A stretch of 46,033 nt of DNA, taken from Octopus bimaculoides. Its lineage: Eukaryota. A model generated the notes under the pieces. The model was given only the letters and a program-made list of their open reading frames with translations, was not told where the DNA came from and did no database searches. Positions 21,299-34,950 of the stretch are shown in pieces. Position 1 is the first letter of the stretch, and the number at the start of each line of letters is the position of its first letter. Both the position numbers and the translations under genes were made by a program. The DNA lies in NCBI RefSeq assembly GCF_001194135.2, contig NC_068990.1, positions 60,927,155-60,973,187 on the forward strand, written 5' to 3'.

Positions 21299-23039
21299 TG
21301 CAAAGATGATGATGATGATGTACTATTATAAAAATAATGCAATCAAGTGTAGAAACCATAAGAGGTCGAAAATGCATGTTAAAATATAATTGAAAGGATT
21401 CTAAATAAAAGTTTAAAAAAAAAATTCTTAGCCATTGTGGGGATTTTGACTTTTGTTATCATAGATATATAATCTGTATGAGTACATAGGCACAAGCATG
21501 GCTGTGTGGTAAGAAGCTTGCTTCCCGGCCACATAGTTCTGGGTTCAGTCCCACTGGCCAAATGTTTTCTACTGAAGCCATGTGAGTGGAAACTGAAAAA
21601 AGGCCTATTGTATGTATGTATGTGTCTTTTTGTGTGTGTGCATATATATCTTTGTGTTTGTGTTTGACAACCAATGTTAGTTTTGTTTGTATCCCTGTAA
21701 CTTAATGCTTTGGTAAAATAAGTACCAAACTTTAAATTAATGTAAGTACTGGATCAATTTGTTTGACTAAACCTCTCAAGGTGGTGCCCCAGCATGGCCA
21801 CAGTCTAATAACTGAAGTAAGTAAAAGGTATATGAAAAAAGAAGGAAAAGATAAAACATATAATGTATTAGTAAAAGTAACATAGAAAATGGATTATCTA
21901 GTGGAACCATATGAGGCCCTTTGCTGAAATTTCTTGTAGCTTTGATCTCTAAGACATTCAGGAGATACTATCATAAATTAGTTATTCTGATGGTTTTGTC
22001 TTATTTTTAGAAAGATCCTTTCTGCTGTAGGCAAAAGGACTGAAATTTATGGGAGAGGGATAGTCAATTATATCGACCCCAGTGTTTCACTAGTACTTAA
22101 TTTATCAACTCTGAAAGGATGAAAGGCAAAGTCGACCTTGGTAGAATTTGAACTCAGGATGTAGGAACAGGCGAAATACCACTAAGCATTTTGTCCAGCT
22201 TGCTGCCTTCCATTTTAGAATAATGCTATAAAAGGAAATTTATTTCAAACAAAACCGTAGCTGAAGTTTCATTTGGTTTTGTATCAGTATTGAAGTGAAA
22301 TTAATACTGTTGAAGTAAAACACATTCACTCCGAATTTATTTATTGAAACGTTTTAGAAATTTTAAAATTCTAGAAAATAACATTTTTGTAAAAATCTTT
22401 AGGTATTCTTTTTTCTTTTACCTTTTTATGTTTTACTTGTTTCAGTCGTTAGACTGTGGCCATGCTGGGGCACTGCTTTGAAGAATTTTTAGTCGAATGT
22501 ACTTGTTTTTCGAATATGTGGTACTTATTTTGTCAGTCTCTTTTATCAAACTGCTAGGTCACAGGGATGCAAACACACTCACACTGGTTGTCAAGTAGTG
22601 ATAGAAAGGACTAACACAAAGACAAAGTGACACAACACGTACACACATGACAGGCTTCTTTCAGTTTCTGTTTTTCAAATCCACTCACAAGGCTTTGGTT
22701 GGCCTGAGGCTATAGTAGAAGACACTAGCCCAAAGCGACACACAGTTGGACTGAACTTTGAACCATGTAGTTGGGAAGCAAGCTTCTTACCACACAACCA
22801 CACCTATGCCTAATTATTTATGTAATTTAAAATATAGTCATTTATTTTTATTTTCTTATAAAATAAAAAACCTAAAAATGGTAAGTTTGTTCATATTGTG
22901 CTTAAATAAAATACTAAAATGTTATCAACCATCACTTTATGGGCTCATAGCCCAAAGCTAGATGAACTGAAAGATTACACATCTTAGAATATTGTATTTT
23001 AAATGCTTTTACTAATAATGAAAATAAACTTAATGTACC

Positions 23040-24480
23040 TTTACATTATATTCCTGGAAGTCAGGACTATTGTTTGATTTGGTGGAGAGTGGTTTTGGCC
23101 TTCTTGACTAGAGAGCTTGGTGCTGTTAGCATTACGCACGAACAGTTGTGAATCAATGGTTTCTGGAAAAACGTTTCAGGGAGGTACTTCAGACGACCAA
23201 TATTCTAGGGTAGGAAAGACTGTTCTTGGTGATTAGTGTGGATCCTAGAAGGTAGATGTAATACAAGTGGTAAGTAAAGAGATGAATGAGTCAGGAGTGC
23301 CTCAGTAAAATGAACATGAGATTGGCCAGCCTTGTGCAGCAATAGTAACTGTAGTAGTGATAGAAGAGGCAGAGAGAGGGGAGGCAGCTTTTCTATGAGC
23401 AGAGGTCAGAGTATGTTGGCCATCTAATTTGTGCTTATCAGTCAAACGACCTCTCCTTGGATGTAGTAGTCTATGATGTTTGTATATGTGCAGATACAGT
23501 ACTGCTCCCAGATGTGAAAGTGATAATCCATGGGATCCATCTGAATTTTGTAGGGAAATAAATGTTGTAAGGATGAGGACAAGTATTTTTTGACTATCAA
23601 AAGAAAGGCCAGTCTTTGTGATGCAGTGTTTTGTAATAGTGAGAATGTGTTCACCTGGAAAGATCCTCATGTGGTGATGATGAAATCTAGCATTCGAAGT
23701 ATTCATGAGGTTTTAGTTGTAAGCTGTTCGTGTTTAACCCTTTCAATACCAACTTGATTGAAACCACCTCTGGATTTGTAGTACAAATGTCTTGTTTTCA
23801 TAAGTTTTGAATTAAAATCTTCCACCAAACCTTAATCACAGTTTCTGTTCCTAACCCTAGCTTAATGATAACTGACTTATTTTACTAATTTCTTTGTTAT
23901 ATTTAAAATTAACTGAAAGAAACATGGAGCATCTCAAAATGAATGCAGTAACGAAATAGCTAAGGAGGTGAAGTACAAAAGTCTCTTTTCTTGATCTGTG
24001 CAATTATAGTATTTTTTTTTTTTTTTTGAAAACGACTACATTAACATTGTCATGTTAGAGGAATTTTTTATGGTCTCTGTTCACCATGTCACTGGAGGTT
24101 TGCATAAGGAATTTAGACTATATGGTGAATGAGATCTTGGATGTGGAAGGTTAGAGAAGACTGAGAAGTGGTATCCTGGTATGCACGGTGTAGGACTAAG
24201 CATTGCTGAAACGAAAAGGTCTTTGATGTTTAAGAGGAAGAGTGATGGGGACAAAAAAAATAACCAGACCCTGTGGCAAACTGTAGTTGATAGGATCAGA
24301 GAGAACTAAATCCACATACGCAACTTCAATCTGACAAGAAACTACTGACCCAAGTGATGAGAGATGAATGGGTCCATTCTGTTTGTCATCGTTTGAGGAT
24401 GATCAAATGGACGGACCCTGGTGAAGCTGCACCAACAATATTGCAAGGTTGCATTTGCAACAGTGAGTAGTTGCTGCAGC
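23040..24480 (-). mobile_element. CR1/L2-group LINE RT remnant, interrupted by a MITE
   Basis: Degenerate minus-strand motifs LITWVSSFLSD, PQG...LSPSLFLLNIKDL, PMDYHFHIW and AHRK..LFYHYY. Confidence 0.7.
23734..23963. mobile_element. Second TTAA-type MITE family inserted in a LINE remnant
   Basis: Starts TTAACCCTTTCAATAC and ends degenerately GTAACGAAATAGCTAA. It splits the CR1-group RT remnant. Confidence 0.55.
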
Positions 24481-24584
24481 AGAAACATGTGTAAGTCATT
24501 ATAATATGCTGTATATAACTTTAAAATAGATTTTGTGGATGTACAAGTCTGCATACTCTTTATTATTATTAATATATATGTATG

Positions 24585-24618
<34 letters not shown>

Positions 24619-24622
24619 TATA

Positions 24623-24868
24623 TTGAGAGGAGGGATACGATATCCAGGCAGATACCAAATTTCTCTATGTAAAATGCCTCTTTGAACAATGTCATATTTA
24701 TGTACCCTGAAGAGATCATATTAATAATGCATAAATTGCTGCATATAAATATGCAACAACGTTCAATTAGTGTGATCAAAACATGTGTCGGACAATTATT
24801 ATGAATAAACCAACTGTAAATAAACATAAAGTTTGAATGTTCAAATTCTTCGTTCTCCTTATTATCAA
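24623..24868 (+). mobile_element. Penelope-like 3' terminal fragment (second family) after (TA)n
   Basis: Unique sequence carrying a hammerhead motif, directly following a (TA)n run and ending at a gap. It is not similar to the 20188-20795 family. Confidence 0.5.
24701..24794 (+). ncRNA. Type-I hammerhead motif with long stem II, probably inactivated (G12A)
   Basis: TGT(A)CC-CTGAAGA-GATCA...TGATC-AAA-AC[ATGT]GT-C-GGACA. Canonical CUGANGA core, GUC triplet and palindromic ACATGT in stem III. GAAA reads AAAA in a CpG context (TGATCG to TGATCA). Confidence 0.6.
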
Positions 24869-24967
24869 NNNNNNNNNNNNNNNNNNNNNNNNNNNNNNNN
24901 NNNNNNNNNNNNNNNNNNNNNNNNNNNNNNNNNNNNNNNNNNNNNNNNNNNNNNNNNNNNNNNNNNN

Positions 24968-25162
24968 ATATATAAATTCAGAAGAGTGGTACAACAAGGC
25001 ACCGATATTTACAGGTAAGACAAATTTTTCATGTTTGTTGCACACACGCATTTTTGCCAGTATATACACAGTGAAGCTATACAATAGCGTCGTATTTATA
25101 TCGATTGCTATTTTCCAGTAAATATCGGTGCCTTGTTGTACCACTCTTCTGAATTTATATAT
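24968..25162. mobile_element. Short element with perfect 45-bp inverted termini in (TA)n (PLE-type inverted 3' end or MITE)
   Basis: 24968-25012 is the exact reverse complement of 25118-25162, with a 105-nt spacer. The ends read TATATAAATT.., like the 20188 palindrome. Confidence 0.65.
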
Positions 25163-25226
25163 ATATACCCTTATAGGGCTATATTTTGCTGGAAATTAAT
25201 ACATTTGTATTGAAATATTTTTCATT

Positions 25227-25270
25227 GATATATATATATATATATATATAGTGAGAAAAGACAGAGAGAC

Positions 25271-25305
<35 letters not shown>

Positions 25306-25421
25306 CACATATTCATATGTGGATACATGTTCACATGTGCAATCTTACTAACACTTGCTTTGAAAAGTTGCAATATAATCAGAGAAACACCATCAGATTG
25401 CACACATTAACAGCTAACAGG

Positions 25422-25464
<43 letters not shown>
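25227..25464. repeat. Compound microsatellites (TA)n, (GATA)n, (CA)n
   Basis: Direct reading. Confidence 0.9.
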
Positions 25465-25467
<3 letters not shown>

Positions 25468-26007
25468 TCAAATGTTTCCAGAACTACTGCAGATGCTCAG
25501 TCAAAAACTTTTGTAAATATTCAAACCACAATTCTTTAGGTTTTTATTGACTTGTATCCTGTCACTCACAGTTACCGACTCAAATGAACTTGAAGAATTT
25601 TAGAACATTTTGTTTCTAGTTATGTTTTCACCTCCATCTAAAGGTCATTGTACTGGTGATAAGATAAAACCTGTTTCACATCTCATCCTTTTTCTGATTC
25701 ACATCCAACTGTGAGTCAGTAGGTTAGTATTGTTACAGGATAGCTTCAACTCAGAATGTTATTTTGCTGGCCACTTATCATATCTTAAAGAAATTATATA
25801 AAATCAAGCTTGAAAAGTTTATGTATTTTAAGGTAATTTCTACAAGTGAACTTTTCAAAGTTAGTTTTTTTTTTCTTCTGTTTTATGTAAACAGCAAGCA
25901 GACACAAAATCAAAGTAATCCATTTGGGTTATAAACGAACTTGACTTAAGATGCCTTGTGTTTAATTGTTATATTAATTTTATATTAAAAACAAAAAATT
26001 GCAGAGT

Positions 26008-26055
<48 letters not shown>

Positions 26056-26348
26056 ATTATTGCTTGAACAAATTTTAACTTCAGTTTTTGAAAACTCAAA
26101 AGTTTTGATGACACTTTTGATTATAACCTTTAAAGTGCAATACTATTGTGTTACCTTATATAAGAATGTTATTGAAGTGCTGTCCAGCTGTGCAAAGAAA
26201 GAGACAATAAATATTAAGGAAGAATATTTTATTTTTTCAAGTTTACTGTTGATTCGCTATTGTCAGAGCATTCTATATTTTTAGACCATTGTTCATGTTT
26301 TTATCCATCAAAATATGGTTTTTGAAATATATATATACATACATATAT

Positions 26349-26390
<42 letters not shown>

Positions 26391-27359
26391 AATACATATA
26401 TATATATATATATATGCATCATACACACTCTATCATTCTTAGTTGTAACTAACTGATGTAACAGATGGGCTTTTGTGGTTTTCAGATGATTTGAAGAACA
26501 GAAAGAAGTTACAATAGTTCGAATTTGAATAATGATAGTTTAAATTACTTTCAATCTCTTCCAGAACGAAATATTTTCCTGATGTTTTCTTTTCTTTTCT
26601 GTTTTGTTAATATTTTCATAATGTATTGCATGATTGATCAATTAATTGCTATGTTGATTGATGCTCTTGTATTTAGTTACTATATAATGTCAAGACTTTT
26701 ATCCTCATAGGAAATAGCAATACTGATATATTCAACATAGTCCTGAAATATTAAATAGTATCTTCAATTACACAGTTGCATATTAATATTAAAAAGTATT
26801 TTCAAACATACAGTTGTAAACACTGAACAATAAGCACATTTGCTACATTTTTATTGCAGTACCTTATCCTACATGTTTTCTATTGTATCTCACACCTTAC
26901 AATATATGTCCACTGCTTGCACTCTATGTTTACTGCTGTATTTTCTTCTCTAACTTGGTATTTACTGCTTTATTCCACAAAATATATTTACGGCTGTCAC
27001 TTACTTCAACTTTGCCATTTAAGTAATGATATTTTTAGTCAGTTAGCAATATTGTTGCATAATATGGTTTCTGAATTAATAAAAGATGAATATTGCAATA
27101 AAAAACATATGCGTCAAAGTAAATGGTAACCTTGGAGCAGGACTATAGTGTATATTTACTGAATTCAATTGTCATTGTTCAGTAAATAAATGTTGCTGTG
27201 GCAAGATTGGAATACAGATGTGTCATAGTTGAACATATGAATACATTTAGCATATTAGTAGATCCTTATAGTCAGATGATAAGACTGAATGTGTAACCTC
27301 TACCCCTAAGTTTAGTGAAAATCATGTGGATTTTTAAGCATTTTCCATTTTAATGAAAG

Positions 27360-28040
27360 TTGTTGTCGTCATGTATTGTATGCAGATTGGTGACACTACA
27401 ATGAAAGTCTTCTCGATTAAGAGTGAGTTCTCCATCTGCCCTGCCACTTTTGTCCAACCAGCTCATGATATTACCCATCCACTTCGTTTTTTTTCTCAGC
27501 CTCTTGATCTGCTGCCTTCTACTTTTCCTTCCATGATAATGTTTTCCAGACTTCTGCTTCTTCAAATATGACCGTAGTAGATAAGCTGTTGCTTTTTTCA
27601 CAATCTTCAGGAGTTGCTGTCTTTTGCATACTTGTTGTAACACTCATTTGTTTGATGGTCCTTGTAACATTCTTCTGTACACCCACATTCCAAATGCCTT
27701 AATCATATTCTCTTCAGATTTGTTCAGAGTCCTTGTTCTGCAACCATAAATGCCTATTGACCAAATGACCACTTGCATTAGCCTTGTTTTCAACTTAAAT
27801 GGAACACTTTTGCCGCTTTAGATATTATTAAGCTTTTCCATGGACTGTCTTGCCATGGCTAGCCATGTCCTAATTTCTTTCTTACACGTGGCTTCATCAG
27901 AGATTTGGGTTCCAAGATATTTGTACAATTCAACCTGTTAGAGCCTCTCATTGCCAAGTCTGATGTTAACATTTACCTTCTTTTATCCAAATACCATGAC
28001 TTTTGTTTCATTAAAGACTGAAGCTAAACAATGATGTAAG
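27360..28040 (-). mobile_element. RTE-clade LINE 3' remnant (RT C-terminus)
   Basis: The minus strand translates ETKVMVF..YKYLGTQISDEATCKKEIRTWLAMARQSMEKL..YYGHI..LENIIMEGKVEG, with stops and frameshifts. Confidence 0.85.
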
Positions 28041-28506
28041 GTATTGAAACTATCTATATACTGTTTTATAGCTGCTTGTATATATTTGCTTCATGGTGAA
28101 TCTTCTGCTAAAAAGAACTTTCAAGTTACTGTATTCATCTTTTTAATTTCTATTTATTGAAGGTAGATTCACTTTTAACCCTGTAAAACTGTCAATTCTC
28201 ATTTTACTTGGGACTTCATGATCTAGTGACTCTTGCAGTTTCTATAACATACTCAGCTGCATATGAAAGTCACTCTTTGTTATTTCAGTATATATACAGC
28301 AAAATGGTGGTGAGCTGCAAAATCATTAGCATACTGGACCTAGTGGCTTTTCGTCTGTCTTTACGTTTTGAGTTCAAATTTTACCAATGTCATCTTCACC
28401 TTCCATCCTTTCAAGGTTGATAAAATAAGTACCAGTTGAGCATTGGGGTTGATGTAATCGACTTTCACCACCCCTTAAACTGCTGGCCTTGTGCCAAAAT
28501 TTGAAA

Positions 28507-28551
<45 letters not shown>

Positions 28552-31500
28552 GGCAAAATAATAGTAACAGTAATTGTTTACAGAATACAAATATCTTTCA
28601 AAAAAATTCAGAAAGAATCATAGTTATTGTTTAGATTCAGTTAACATCAGAATCTCTAGACACATCCAACTAGACTAAACAACAAACTAGATACAATATT
28701 CCCTGACTGTCACACTGCACCCTGCATAACCAAATACTACTGTTTATTGGAATATGCTGCATGTTACAAAACCAGATAGCATGTCAGACATGTTGCAGCT
28801 ATGTACTATTCTGATTTGTTCCATTAGTTATTTTGGGTTAAAAAACGACAACTAAAAATATATTACAATTCCAGTAAGATGCAAAACAAATATTTAGAGA
28901 CTGTCAAAGAGAATTCCAATCTGTCTTTCATCAAAGCTGTCGTTTTTAACAAATTAGCCTCAAGGTATCAAAATATTCATTGATAAAAACACAGCTTCTT
29001 TTACTGAGTAAATTCCAGACTTGTTTACCTTTGATTTTACCTGAGGCCCTCAATGATTGCCAAATGCCTAAATATATTTATATTAAAATTAAGATACAGA
29101 GCATAGACATATCAATAGAAGTGGTTATCTTATCCAAACACTATAACGATCTGGTTAAATACTATCATTCCAGTGTGAACTCCTTTAAAACTAATTCTCT
29201 ATCATTTAATTGCAATCTTACATTGTTATAAATATAATTTAGATCTATCTTCACAGAGATCTTTGCTGATAAGTCTTGTACGAATGATAGTTATTTATCT
29301 ATAATTCTTGAATTCTTCTTTTTATATGTACAAAGAGTTGTTATCCATATAAATAGAAGGCTACATGATGCATACATATAAGATGTTTTGTATGTATGTG
29401 AAGTAAAGGGGGTGCAAAGGTGGAAGAGTTCAAGCTAAAAGAGAATCAGTTTGTTATGACAGATATGTAATGGTGATGTTGATAAAGATGTAGTGTGACA
29501 CCCATCTAATCATTTATTTTTGTAATCTTTTATTTGATCTTGAAACTGGGAGGTGAGGTGTGTGGGGAAGCTGAATAGAATGTTCATTGAATAAGCTACA
29601 ATTGTTTACTGAAGTTTATACTTGAAATTTAATAAATTCATAAAATAAGACAAAATGCTATTGTTTTATAGAGACCCTTTCAGCTATATGGTATGCTGTA
29701 CTTTTGTATATTGAAGTACAGATATCATTGTCCTCAGAGACTACTACTGATATTCAATGAATGTATTCATTCTAAAGTTACATCATTCAGATATATTTAC
29801 TTGATCTTAAACTGATTCATAATACAACACAAACATTAACTTTCATCAGACATTTGTACAACTTATTTTTGTGCCACTTAATTATAATATTCATTATGTT
29901 CATTATTTATTATTTGAAGAACATTAAAATATTTTAAGATACCTCATCATCATCATCATTTAACGTCTGTTTTCCACGCTGGCATGGGTTGGACAGTTTG
30001 GCAAGGTGTTGGCAAGCCAGAGAGCTGCACCAGACTCCAGTTGTCTGTTCTGGCATTGTTGTTATGGTCAAATACCCTTCCTAATGTCAACCACTTTACA
30101 GAGTGTACTCAGTGCTTTTTACATGGCACCAGCACTGGTGTTGTTTATGTGGCATCAACACAGGTGCTTTTTATGTAGCACCAGCATGGGTACTTTTTAT
30201 GTGGTGCCAGCACTGGTGACTGGTGTTTTTCATGTAGCACCAGCATGGGTGCTTTTTATATGGTACCAGCAGGGATGCTTTTTATGTGGCACCAACACAT
30301 ACCTGTATTTAGATTTTGATGTTTCAGTATTGGAATAATTATGTATGTAAAAACATGTGCTTCTGCTTTAATTCTATCCTGTAAATCATGAAATGCCAGT
30401 TATTTCAAATCTTGGCAAGATACTTAGTGAGTTATTAAAATAGTTTTAGCATTTATGACTTTCTATTTATGTATCCCTAACTAGTGACTTAACCATAACA
30501 AAACTAATAATGAAGTGAAGCAAAAGCTGTCCTATGTAAATCTTCTTCGCCAATATATCAAGGTTTATGGTTTGTTGAGTTCATTATAAATTACCTGCTA
30601 TTCTTCTCAAGTCTACTGCCAGTTTTAAGAATTGTTTTGAAATGGTCCTGATTATGTAATTGAACTGCTAGATTTCTGCAGCATTTGAACTTGATTTACC
30701 ATGTTAATTTGTATGAGTTCCCAGGGGATAAATAAAAGGAGAACTGTTAATTTAAAGTATAGAGACAAAGTTTATTAGCGAAGTGATAGCTTCCTTCAAT
30801 ATTATATCAGGGAAACTATAGAAATGTAATATACAATATTTATAGCATTTGTTCTTGCTAATATGAAAGGAACTTCAGCAAATTCACTTAACATACATTT
30901 ATTTGAAAATCATACATAATACTTTACTGACATATTTAAAAGTTAATCCACAGGCCTGTTTAACACCATCACCACCTTGCTATAGACACCTATAGAATAG
31001 TAAATTCTATCGCAAGTATTCAGATTAGGTCTCCAGGCTAATGATAGCTCCCCTCCCTCCCCCGAACCTCCTGTCTCTCTTAGGGTCTTGAAAAGTTGTT
31101 CAATGTTTACATGGGTTGCTGCTGTTTTCTTGATGTACAATTATTATAAAAGGGAATTTTTGTCTACTTTTATAACTCTATTACAGAAATAAGTGTTAAT
31201 TACATGCATGCTGGTGCCATGCAAAGAGCTCTCAGTCCATTCTATAAAGTAATTAGCATTAGGAAGGGCATCTAGTTGTAAGACCCCCTACATCTCCCAG
31301 TTCTGCCAGCTCCTGTCAAACTATCCAACCCATGCCAGAACGGAAAATAGATGTTAAATGGTGGTGGTGGTGGCGGCGGCGGCGACGATGACGACGATGA
31401 CAATATAAATACATGCACAGTAGGCTTCAATACAATTTCTTTCTACCAAATTTCCCTCACAAGGTATTGGTCAAGTAGTAGATAGTAGATAGGCAACAGT

Positions 31501-32849
31501 AGATATTTGCAATAGAAGATACTTGCCCAAGGTACTAAGCAGTGTGACTGGACCTGAAACTACTTGATTGTGATGCATGCTTTTGAACCACTTAACCATG
31601 CTAGAGCAAATAGTAATATTCTATGATATTCTAAGGCCTATTTCTCTGCTAATTTCCAGAGAAAAGTAATCTAGACTTTTCCTTCATACTAAGTCATTCC
31701 CAAGATGTAGAAATCACTTGCTATCGGTCAGATTTAGTTACTGTTTAGTGTATCTTTTCCTTAGCTTTCATTAAAGCAAAGTGTAAACAAAGATTTGACA
31801 TTTTATGATAACATGGCAAGCCTCACGGCAAGGTAGTTTAATTATGAAATAAAAACAAATCATCTGTGATTGTTAGGACTTTCTCACTTGTTTAGTACAA
31901 CTGTAATGATAAGTTATGTTGCTGGTAATATGAGCATCCCTTTCTGCAGTGAATATGAAATTTCATAGTTTCTGTATTAGCTATCAATAAATCCATTTCT
32001 TGGTGAAGTTAACATGTCTGTACCTGATGAAAGTAATTCCATTATTGATCACGTTGATATCAGTTTCTTCATGCTGGGTAAATGGTAAGAATGAAAGCCT
32101 GAATATAGTTGTCTGATAAATAGTCAAGAAAATAGACGACCATTAAATTGAGCGTCTTAGTTGATAAGGAAATCTAATTGCTTATAGTCTTCATCATTGG
32201 TAAACTGCATTCTTTGGACTTTGTAACCTCAAGATTTAACCAGGACTACTTTCTTCATGACAGAATAATTTCAGTTAAGATTAGAGAGGAATTTAGATAA
32301 CAGTTAGTTTTGAATATATATATATATATATATATATAGCAGATTACTCTTTGAGTCAGAAAGTAGATAGTTCTGTTAGCATTTCAGTGTTAGTCTAGAA
32401 TGAATTGTTGATCTTTTAATTGTTAAGTTGTTCTATTTCTATCTACTGAAACTACTCTGGAACTACTCTGAGGCCTCTCCAGACAGCTTTATCTACTCCT
32501 GTTAAGTGAATATGTAGTTATACATCTCAGTGGTTTAAGCATATCATTAAAAAAAGTCGTTGACTGATGATATGAATTTTTTTGTTTGTTTGTTATTTTA
32601 ACTTGTGACAGATCTCATTTTTCAATCTTGGATGCTCAGTCACTCACAGGAGATACAGAGGTAAACTTACATTAAACATTTAAATGATATCTTTTATCAC
32701 TTATTTGTTTCAGTCATTGGACTGCGGCCATGCTGGGGCACTGCCTTGAAGAGTTTAGCAAAGTCTGGTACTTATTCTTTCAGTCTCTTTAGCCAAAATG
32801 CCAAGTTACAGAATTGTAAACAGATCAACTCTGGTTGTCATGTGGTGGA

Positions 32850-32903
<54 letters not shown>

Positions 32904-34444
32904 TATATATATAAAAAACATTCACATATGATGATGGTGTACATACATACATGCATACAAACAAAAATACCTTGTTGTTGATGTTGTTGATCCATAGGAT
33001 TACAGCTGTTTCACAACCTTCTTGATGTAGCATTAATTTCAGCATACAAGAAATCATGTGTACATGTTTGCATTAATATGTTTGCTCAGCATTATACAGT
33101 ATAAGTGCATGTTCACAAACCAATGCAGATATAGAAAGCTAGCTCATCAGATCACCATAAGTGTCATGGTTACACCACTGTCTTTATTTGAATTAGTTTG
33201 TAAATATATAATTCTATTGTTGGTTTTTTTTTCTTGGTATTGTATAATGCTGAGTACACATATTAATGCAAACATGTATGCATAATTTCTTGTACACTCA
33301 AATTAATTTCTACATGAAAAGATGTTGCAAAATGGTTGTAACCCTATGGAAGTCATGTAGTTTAATAAATCTATATTCACCTCTCCACCCCTCCTGACCT
33401 TATGTTTATATTCCTCACAGAATAATTTTATTGCTTAGATTTTCTGGATTTTCAGTTACTTGGACACTATGTATTACACTGCGTTGTAGTTGGTTATCAT
33501 GTGAACTGATATCCTAATAGATATGAAATATTTACTGTGGTAGCCATATGATTTCTGAATCCAAATGCTATACTATGTGTGTGTGTGTATATATAAATTA
33601 ATGAAATTCGAACTCAGTCTGATTTTCATATTTAATTATTTATCGAAATAATCTAGTACTTTCATGTGTTACACAATCATCAGGCTTATGTAGTGACAGT
33701 TGTGTTCCAACTTTATATCTATATATATATCCAAAATGTATAGTATTAGATAACCATCAAGGCTGGTCTTAACAATTGGTTTCACGTAAAGAATACAATT
33801 GAGTGTTAAGTAACAAACTGATTATATAACTTTATGCTCATCAGAGTTAGCTGATATGGAAGGAAATATGGTGACTGTTCTCTATTGTCAAGGTGCTTTT
33901 CCTTGAATCATAGTCTCTTAGATGACTCGTGCACATGTGTGTGTGTCACAATCAGGTGAAAAGCGCTTTATTTAATATGTGACATTAATAAAAATCTGTA
34001 AATGTACAAACATCCAGATTTCTGAGTACCTTAATTTTTTTCTATATAATTTCTGTACATCACCTCCAAACCTTCAAATATATTTACATANNNNNNNNNN
34101 NNNNNNNNNNNNNNNNNNNNNNNNNNNNNNNNNNNNNNNNNNNNNNNNNNNNNNNNNNNNNNNNNNNNNNNNNNNNNNNNNNNNNNNNNNNNNNNNNNNN
34201 NNNNNNNNNNNNNNNNNNNNNNNNNNNNNNNNNNNNNNNNNNNNNNNNNNNNNNNNNNNNNNNNNNNNNNNNNNNNNNNNNNNNNNNNNNNNNNNNNNNN
34301 NNNNNNNNNNNNNNNNNNNNNNNNNNNNNNNNNNNNNNNNNNNNNNNNNNNNNNNNNNNNNNNNNNNNNNNNNNNNNNNNNNNNNNNNNNNNNNNNNNNN
34401 NNNNNNNNNNNNNNNNNNNNNNNNNNNNNNNNNNNNNNNNNNNN

Positions 34445-34475
<31 letters not shown>

Positions 34476-34722
34476 TTATGTATTTATGTATCTCTAGACA
34501 TCACATGATGGTTGTAGATGAGTGGCCTTGTCATAAAAGTAAGATTGTTCATTTCTAATCTTTCATGAAAAACATGTCTAGCTATGGGAAAATATTACCT
34601 TGCTCGGAAACAGATAAGGATTGGTGACAGGAAGGGCATCCTGATGTAGGAAATCTGTCTCAAGCAAATTCTGTCTGACCTATGCAGGCATGGAAAAGTG
34701 GACATTAAATGGTGATAGTGAT

Positions 34723-34950
34723 TTAACCCTTTAACATTTAAACTGGCCAAATACTGCCTAAACATTCTACCTGCTTTATGTCCAAAGTGGTGAGATTTGG
34801 CCTCTCATACTTGCCCTACAGTATCATTGTAAAAATAAACAATCACATCATTGAAACTTTGAAGCTATGCAGTTATACATGATTAATTCAAAATAATTTG
34901 AATAAATAAGCATGACATTTGACAGAGTAATCTGAAAGCTAAAGGGTTAA
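34723..34950. mobile_element. piggyBac-like MITE, uninterrupted 228-bp copy
   Basis: TTAACCCTTTAACATT ... AAAGCTAAAGGGTTAA: TTAA at both ends with CCCTT/AAGGG termini. Confidence 0.85.

Noticed and set aside
23302-23706. 134-aa minus-strand ORF as a host gene
   Set aside because: It is an off-frame or partial reading of the decayed CR1-group LINE remnant.
26465-26489. Candidate terminal exon AG-ATGG.. giving (R)WAFVVFR*
   Set aside because: Right phase and has the Trp, but the polypyrimidine tract is weak and the peptide lacks the amphipathic W..AL helix seen in the first PH domain.
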